Source: Ignavibacteriota bacterium (GTDB lineage: Bacteria > Bacteroidota > Ignavibacteria > Palsa-1295). From it: a DNA stretch of 64,000 nucleotides. The notes beneath the pieces were generated by a model. The model did no database searches, was not told the origin of the DNA, and saw nothing but the letters and a program-made list of their open reading frames with translations. Positions 58,797-64,000 of this stretch are shown here, piece after piece. How positions within the stretch are numbered: the stretch's first letter is position 1; each line of letters opens with the position of its first letter. A program made the position numbers and the translations under genes. The stretch is taken from the NCBI GenBank assembly GCA_963787835.1, contig CAWBEI010000003.1, forward strand, positions 96,001 through 160,000, read 5' to 3'.

Positions 58797-59348
58797 ATGC
58801 CAAGCGAACACGATCAAATAGTGACAATAGTTCGGGAACTACTTACAAAAAAGCAGCTGGTCCTGCTCGCCATTGGTGGCTACGGTGGCTCAGGCAAAAG
58901 CACGCTTGCTTTAGAAATTCAAAGCGAATTTCCCGGCTCGTCCATCATCACATTAGATGATTTCGCAATTCCGGGCGGAGGGTCGGATAGAAAGAGAATT
59001 ATTGACCAAGTGCTTGTGCCGCTCTCCGATGGTAAGACTGCAAGTTACCAACGATTCGATTGGCCAATGCAAGCGCCTGCCGAGTGGCGGGAAGTAAATG
59101 CGAATGGTCTAATTATCATCGAAGGAGTTTCAGTGCTCGGTGATGATTTTAATCCCTTTTTCGATTTTAGAATTTGGATCGATTGCCCACATGAACTCGC
59201 GTCTAAGCGCGGTATGGAGCGTGATAAAAATGTCTATAAAGTTGACCTCGACCGAATGTGGAACGAAATATGGATACCGGAGGAAATAGAATACGGCAGA
59301 ACAGAGCCGTGGAAGCGAGCAGACCTAATCATTCCCGCAGAATTGTAA
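58797..59348 (+). CDS. Uridine kinase-like P-loop protein
   Basis: GYGGSGKSTLA, LDDF, IIEGV. Confidence 0.8.
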   Translation: MPSEHDQIVTIVRELLTKKQLVLLAIGGYGGSGKSTLALEIQSEFPGSSIITLDDFAIPGGGSDRKRIIDQVLVPLSDGKTASYQRFDWPMQAPAEWREVNANGLIIIEGVSVLGDDFNPFFDFRIWIDCPHELASKRGMERDKNVYKVDLDRMWNEIWIPEEIEYGRTEPWKRADLIIPAEL

Positions 59349-60314
59349 TTACGCATACTTATTCCGGTAATCGATCGGCGATAACCCGGTGATCTTTTTG
59401 AACGTCGTTCGGAATGCTTTCGTATCGGTATAGCCGACATCATACATCACTTCGGCAACATTTTTTCGGTTGCGTTCCAGGCTTTTTTTGGCTGCTTCGA
59501 TCTTCACGCGCTGCATGTACTCCACAACCGTATTCGATGTCGCTTTTTTGAATCGGCGTTCGAACGTCCTGCGACCCATCGCAGACATCGCCGCTAATTC
59601 CTCGATGGTTATCTTCTTCTGGAAATTGCTTTCGATGAAAGACTGCGCATCCTTGATCTGCTCATCTTCATGATCTTTCTGGCCCGTAAACATGATGAAT
59701 GGCGACTGCGAATCGCGGTCAATTTCTATTTCGTAGATTTTCGCGCACGCGATGGCCACTTCCCTTCCAGCATATTTATCGATGAGATAGATCACAAGAT
59801 TCCAAAAGGAATTAGCGCCGCAGCTGGAATAAATTCCCTTTTCATCAGTAATGATTTTTTCGGACACGAGATTTACCTCGGGGAACATTTTGCGGAACTC
59901 GTTTTGGGACAGCCAGTGCGTTGCACACTTTTTCCCATCGACGAGTCCTGTCGCAGCCAGTAAGAACGAGCCGACGCACAAGCTGGCAACCTCTGCTCCA
60001 TTTTTATATTGCTCTACGATCCACGGGAAGAATTCACGGTTCATCGCGATAACCTCATTCATCTCGCCATTGACAGCGGGAATGATAATAAGATCGGGTT
60101 GATAGGAATCCGTTATCGTTATGTCGGGACGAATGGTAATAAATCGGTTGTATGTTTGAGGCTCACTATCAATACCAACCATTTTCAGCTCAAAAATGGG
60201 CTCCTTGCCCATACCTGCCAAAACTTTGTTTGAGCGGGAAAAACCGATGAATGATCCTTCGATACAGCCCACGGAAGCTGCGCCACGGTGTACAAGAATT
60301 GCTATTTTTTTCAT
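59349..60314 (-). CDS. GlxA-family AraC regulator (DJ-1/PfpI domain plus HTH)
   Basis: SLCVGSFLLA, ATHW, RTFERRFKKAT, VGYTD. Confidence 0.93.
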   Translation of the reverse strand: MKKIAILVHRGAASVGCIEGSFIGFSRSNKVLAGMGKEPIFELKMVGIDSEPQTYNRFITIRPDITITDSYQPDLIIIPAVNGEMNEVIAMNREFFPWIVEQYKNGAEVASLCVGSFLLAATGLVDGKKCATHWLSQNEFRKMFPEVNLVSEKIITDEKGIYSSCGANSFWNLVIYLIDKYAGREVAIACAKIYEIEIDRDSQSPFIMFTGQKDHEDEQIKDAQSFIESNFQKKITIEELAAMSAMGRRTFERRFKKATSNTVVEYMQRVKIEAAKKSLERNRKNVAEVMYDVGYTDTKAFRTTFKKITGLSPIDYRNKYA

Positions 60315-60339
60315 AAATACAAAAATACGAAATAAAACT

Positions 60340-60416
60340 GTCGTAATCAACCCCTTAGAATGCCGTTTTTACGCCTCACTTTGCAATAATTTATGCTGTA
60401 GTTTTGTAGCCGTTAA
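60340..60416 (+). promoter_or_regulatory. Divergent promoter, putative AraC-site block
   Basis: TAGTTTTG -7 motif at 60399; block resembles 61015-61092. Confidence 0.45.
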
Positions 60417-60456
60417 CTGAATTACTTGTTATAGCAATCGAAAAAGATAGAAAAGT

Positions 60457-61014
60457 ATGAGAACACTAAAACTACAAATGCAGGTATCGCTTGATGGATT
60501 CGTCGGAGGGCCAAATGGAGAAATGGACTGGATGGTGTGGAATATCGATGATGAAGCCAAGAATTATATTACTCGATTGACCGAGCCGGTTGACTTGATC
60601 GTACTCGGTCGTGAACTCGCGGAAGGATTCATTCCTGCGTGGGAGTCGCGCGTCGCAAATCCTGAAACCGCAGATTGGTTCGCCCACAAAATGCGCGACA
60701 CAACCAAAATTGTTTTTTCACACTCGCTGAAAAAATCCGAATGGGCTAATACCGATGTAAATAACGGAAAGATGGTCGATGAGATTGCTAAACTCAAAGC
60801 TCAACCGGGCAAAGACATTGTTGCGTACGGTGGCGCGACATTTGTTTCGAATCTGATCGAGGCAGGTCTCGTTGATGATTTTCACCTTTTCGTTAACCCC
60901 TCAGCAATCGGAAGCGGACTGAGAATTTTCAATGGGCGCACAAATCTGAAACTGGTCAAGTCGCAGCCCTTCGAATGTGGCATCGTTGTGTTAAACTATC
61001 AACCTGCAAAATAG
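60457..61014 (+). CDS. Dihydrofolate reductase family protein
   Basis: SLDGFVGGPNGEMDW, YGGATFV. Confidence 0.9.
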   Translation: MRTLKLQMQVSLDGFVGGPNGEMDWMVWNIDDEAKNYITRLTEPVDLIVLGRELAEGFIPAWESRVANPETADWFAHKMRDTTKIVFSHSLKKSEWANTDVNNGKMVDEIAKLKAQPGKDIVAYGGATFVSNLIEAGLVDDFHLFVNPSAIGSGLRIFNGRTNLKLVKSQPFECGIVVLNYQPAK

Positions 61015-61120
61015 GGCGTGGTCAAAACCCCTCAGAACCCCTATTTTACTCCTCACATAGGCATTTTGAATGCTGCAATTTTGTATTATTAAATTCATCA
61101 ATTAAACATTAAAGAACAAC

Positions 61121-61429
61121 ATGAAAATAGTCAAGGTAACGTACACGTCGAAAGCAGAGTATTCTGAGCACAATCAAGGCAATATTAAAAAGGTTATGGC
61201 TGATCTGCAAGCGATCAATAATCCAGGCATTAATTACAATTCTTGCCTCGCAGCCGACGGCAAAACATTTATTCATACCGCATTTTTTAATTCCGATGAG
61301 GAAGAGAAGGTGCTGCTGCAATTACCCGCTTTCATCCAATTTCAACAAGAGCTGAAAGCCAGCGGACCTGAAGCTCCGCCAAAGTCAGAGCAACTTACAT
61401 TAGTCGGCTCATCCACTAACATTTTTTAA
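61121..61429 (+). CDS. Hypothetical protein (ABM/dimeric alpha-beta barrel-like)
   Basis: VKVTY...DGKTFIH...LPAF pattern. Confidence 0.65.
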   Translation: MKIVKVTYTSKAEYSEHNQGNIKKVMADLQAINNPGINYNSCLAADGKTFIHTAFFNSDEEEKVLLQLPAFIQFQQELKASGPEAPPKSEQLTLVGSSTNIF

Positions 61430-61449
61430 TATTCTGAATATCAACTGTA

Positions 61450-61938
61450 ATGAGCAACGAACCATCCTTTCGCTCAAAAGAAGCATTTAAGATAGTCGGG
61501 ATCGAGCGATATACCGATACGGGAATTCCAGCAATTCGCGCAGCATGGGCCGAGTTTTCGAAGCGGAGTCACGAAATTCCGAACGCGATTTTGCCCGGTG
61601 TTTACGGTATCGAGGATTATTCGCGAGATTTCGATATGAACAAAGGCGGATTTCCGAAGTATTATTACATTGCGGGCTACGAAGTGAGCGATCTTTCAAA
61701 CATTCCGGCTGGGATGGTTGGCAAGGAGATTGCTGCTGCGAACTATGCTGTATTCACATACAATGGCGCCGTTGATGGTATTCACGCTTTTTTCGGATTT
61801 ATTTATGGTGAGTGGCTGCCAAAGTCAGGTTACTCGATGGATCCAAAGCTGTCACTCGATTTCGAGCATTATTCCGAGCCGAATATGGATATGAATAATG
61901 TTCATCTGGAAATTTGGGTACCTATAGTCAAGGAATGA
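61450..61938 (+). CDS. GyrI-like effector-binding domain protein
   Basis: FKIVG, YIAGYEV, YAVFTY, WLPKSGY, FEHY, EIWVPI. Confidence 0.88.
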   Translation: MSNEPSFRSKEAFKIVGIERYTDTGIPAIRAAWAEFSKRSHEIPNAILPGVYGIEDYSRDFDMNKGGFPKYYYIAGYEVSDLSNIPAGMVGKEIAAANYAVFTYNGAVDGIHAFFGFIYGEWLPKSGYSMDPKLSLDFEHYSEPNMDMNNVHLEIWVPIVKE

Positions 61939-61989
61939 TAACAAGCATACAAAGCTGCGAAAAAATCACTATTTGATAATATCAATACC

Positions 61990-62598
61990 ATGAGAAAACT
62001 GATTGTTTTATCGTTTATATCTCTCGATGGCGTCATGCAAGCGCCAGGAGGGCAGGAAGAAGACACGAGCGGCGGCTTTAAATTTGGAGGATGGACCGCA
62101 CCGCACTGGGATGAATTTGCGCATGAAACGATGGTTACGCAGATGAGCAGTGGTTTCGACCTGTTGCTTGGTCGAAAGACGTACGATATTTTCGCAGCTT
62201 ATTGGCCGCTTGCCGAAAATAATATCGGCCCGATTGCCGCCAGCCTTAATAAAGCTACGAAATATGTGGCGTCACACCTGCCGCTCGATTCCAATTGGGA
62301 AAAGACGGTGAGCATCGGTGACAATGCAGTAGAGGAGATCAAGAAGCTCAAGGCAGGAGACGGGCCGGAGCTACAAGTGCATGGGAGCGGTAACTTAATT
62401 CAAACGCTGCTAAATCACGATCTGGTGGATGAACTCTGGCTCAAAACTTTTCCTGTTACACTCGGAACTGGTAAGAAATTATTTGCTGAGGGTACCATTG
62501 CCGCCGCGTTCGAGCTCACCGAAAGTAAGACTTCACCAAAGGGAATCATCGTGGCAAGCTACAAGCGAGCAGGCGAAGTTAAAACCGGAACTTTGTGA
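61990..62598 (+). CDS. Dihydrofolate reductase family protein
   Basis: SLDGVMQAPGG, GRKTYDIFAAYWP, HGSGNL. Confidence 0.92.
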   Translation: MRKLIVLSFISLDGVMQAPGGQEEDTSGGFKFGGWTAPHWDEFAHETMVTQMSSGFDLLLGRKTYDIFAAYWPLAENNIGPIAASLNKATKYVASHLPLDSNWEKTVSIGDNAVEEIKKLKAGDGPELQVHGSGNLIQTLLNHDLVDELWLKTFPVTLGTGKKLFAEGTIAAAFELTESKTSPKGIIVASYKRAGEVKTGTL

Positions 62599-62660
62599 GG
62601 GCATCACTATCATTTTTTTGAACACGTTTTATTTATTAATTCACTAAAAAGGAGACGGCA

Positions 62661-63080
62661 ATGAATCTCACTCCCTTCTTACTCTTCGACGGGAATTGCG
62701 CCGAAGCAATGACATTTTACCAGTCGTGTCTCGATGGGGAGTTAACATTGACGAAGGTGAAAGACACACCGATGAAAGAGCATCAGCCGCCTGAACAGCA
62801 TGACAAGATCATCTATGCGCACCTGCGAAGTGGCACAATGGAATTTTCGGCCACGGATTGGCTACAAACCACCAGAACACCGAAACAAGGCAACACTGTC
62901 GCGATCTATATTAATGGCGGAAAGTATCATGAGCTTAAACCGATTTTCGATAAACTCTCCGCTGGATCAGACAAGCAACTCCTCGATGAATTGCGGGATT
63001 TGCCATTTGGGACCTATGGACATCTCGCCGATAAGTTTGGCGTTCATTGGTTCTTCCAGGGAGAGCACAGAACCGAATAG
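62661..63080 (+). CDS. VOC/PhnB family protein
   Basis: PFLLFDGNCAEAMTFY, DKFGVHW. Confidence 0.88.
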   Translation: MNLTPFLLFDGNCAEAMTFYQSCLDGELTLTKVKDTPMKEHQPPEQHDKIIYAHLRSGTMEFSATDWLQTTRTPKQGNTVAIYINGGKYHELKPIFDKLSAGSDKQLLDELRDLPFGTYGHLADKFGVHWFFQGEHRTE

Positions 63081-63164
63081 AGATGGAACATGTAATAAGG
63101 TTACCAGGATAACCATTTTCAATTTTGGAAATATTCACCGATCATTTAGGAAAGGAATACAATC

Positions 63165-63560
63165 ATGAACTCAGTAGTACACTTCGAAATGCCGGCAAAA
63201 GATACCAAACGCATGAGCGATTTTTATTCGCAAACGTTTGGCTGGCAAACTCAGCAGATGGGCCCAGAGATGGGTAATTATGTGCTGGCAACGACCACCG
63301 AGGCAGATACGAACGGACGTCCCAAGGGTCCGGGTGCGATCAACGGTGGTTTTTACCCGCGCACCGAAGACCCCGTTTCCAACGCTCCCTCGGTCGTTAT
63401 TGCAGTGGATGATCTGCATGATCATATTAAAAAGGTTACAGCCGCAGGTGGTAAGATCATCGGTGAGCCGATGCCTATTCCGGGCGTAGGGATATGGGTA
63501 TCCTTCTTCGATACGGAAGATAACCGCGTCAGCATGTTACAGCCAAATCCCATGGGATAA
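63165..63560 (+). CDS. VOC (glyoxalase/bleomycin resistance) family protein
   Basis: VVHFEM, FYSQTFGW, INGG, DTEDN. Confidence 0.9.
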   Translation: MNSVVHFEMPAKDTKRMSDFYSQTFGWQTQQMGPEMGNYVLATTTEADTNGRPKGPGAINGGFYPRTEDPVSNAPSVVIAVDDLHDHIKKVTAAGGKIIGEPMPIPGVGIWVSFFDTEDNRVSMLQPNPMG

Positions 63561-63582
63561 CTCCATATTACCATCAAACGCT

Positions 63583-64000
63583 ATGCAAAAGATCCAAACA
63601 TTCTTATGGTTTAATGACCAAGCGGAGGAGGCCTCGAATTTTTATACCTCCATTTTTAAGAATTCGAAAATTCTGAGCACCATGCCCGGCCCCGGCGGCA
63701 AGCCGATGGGCATGACCGTCGATCTAGAAGGTCGTGAATTTATTTTATTCAACGGAGGGCCGATGAGCCCAGAATGGAAATTCACCGGCGCGACATCCTT
63801 CTTCATCAACTGCGAAACGCAGGATGAAGTTGATCATTACTGGGACAAACTTTCCGACGGCGGACGCACAGATCGTTGCGGGTGGCTCACCGATAAATTC
63901 GGCATTACCTGGCAGATCGTTCCGACGGCTCTTGGACGGCTACTCGGTGACAATGACCGAAAAAAGGCTGGGAATGTTATGCAAGCGATGCTGAAGATGA
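63583..64000 (+). CDS. VOC family protein (3-demethylubiquinone-9 3-methyltransferase-like; 3' partial)
   Basis: MQKIQTFLWFNDQAEEA, NGGP, CGWLTDKFGITWQIVP, read directly from the sequence. Confidence 0.88.
   Translation, partial: MQKIQTFLWFNDQAEEASNFYTSIFKNSKILSTMPGPGGKPMGMTVDLEGREFILFNGGPMSPEWKFTGATSFFINCETQDEVDHYWDKLSDGGRTDRCGWLTDKFGITWQIVPTALGRLLGDNDRKKAGNVMQAMLKM

Noticed and set aside
54339-64000. Integron cassette array
   Set aside because: No intI and no attC-like GTTRRRY/RYYYAAC palindromes were seen between genes; several genes overlap as in an operon.

Overview
Chromosomal segment of a Bacteroidota-like (FCB group) bacterium, possibly Ca. Kapabacteria-like. This is an inference from many T9SS/Por-type C-terminal sorting domains, TAnnTTTG -7 promoter motifs and the lack of SD sites. 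Core genes include an AcrB-type RND pump, L-asparaginase, ruvB, an O-methyltransferase, cbpA/dnaJ, asd, radA, rdgB, prs, a MacAB-like ABC exporter and a GltD-like oxidoreductase. Accessory content includes a metal locus (CxxC/RAPP leader, TonB-dependent receptor, P1B ATPase), two toxin-antitoxin modules, about seven T9SS cargo proteins, and an ~10 kb ArsR/SRPBCC/DHFR-like/VOC cluster. The most striking unexplained signal is a ~220-bp non-coding element present in two diverged copies (6498-6723 +, 40357-40572 -). Each copy sits at the edge of an AT-rich island and points into genes for unique T9SS-secreted proteins: one with a heptamer repeat tract in its signal-peptide region, the other behind an orphan ECF sigma factor. 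A TA module is bracketed by a 70-bp duplicated prs 3' end. Several single-base homopolymer frameshifts suggest consensus errors, so frameshift-based claims need checking against reads.
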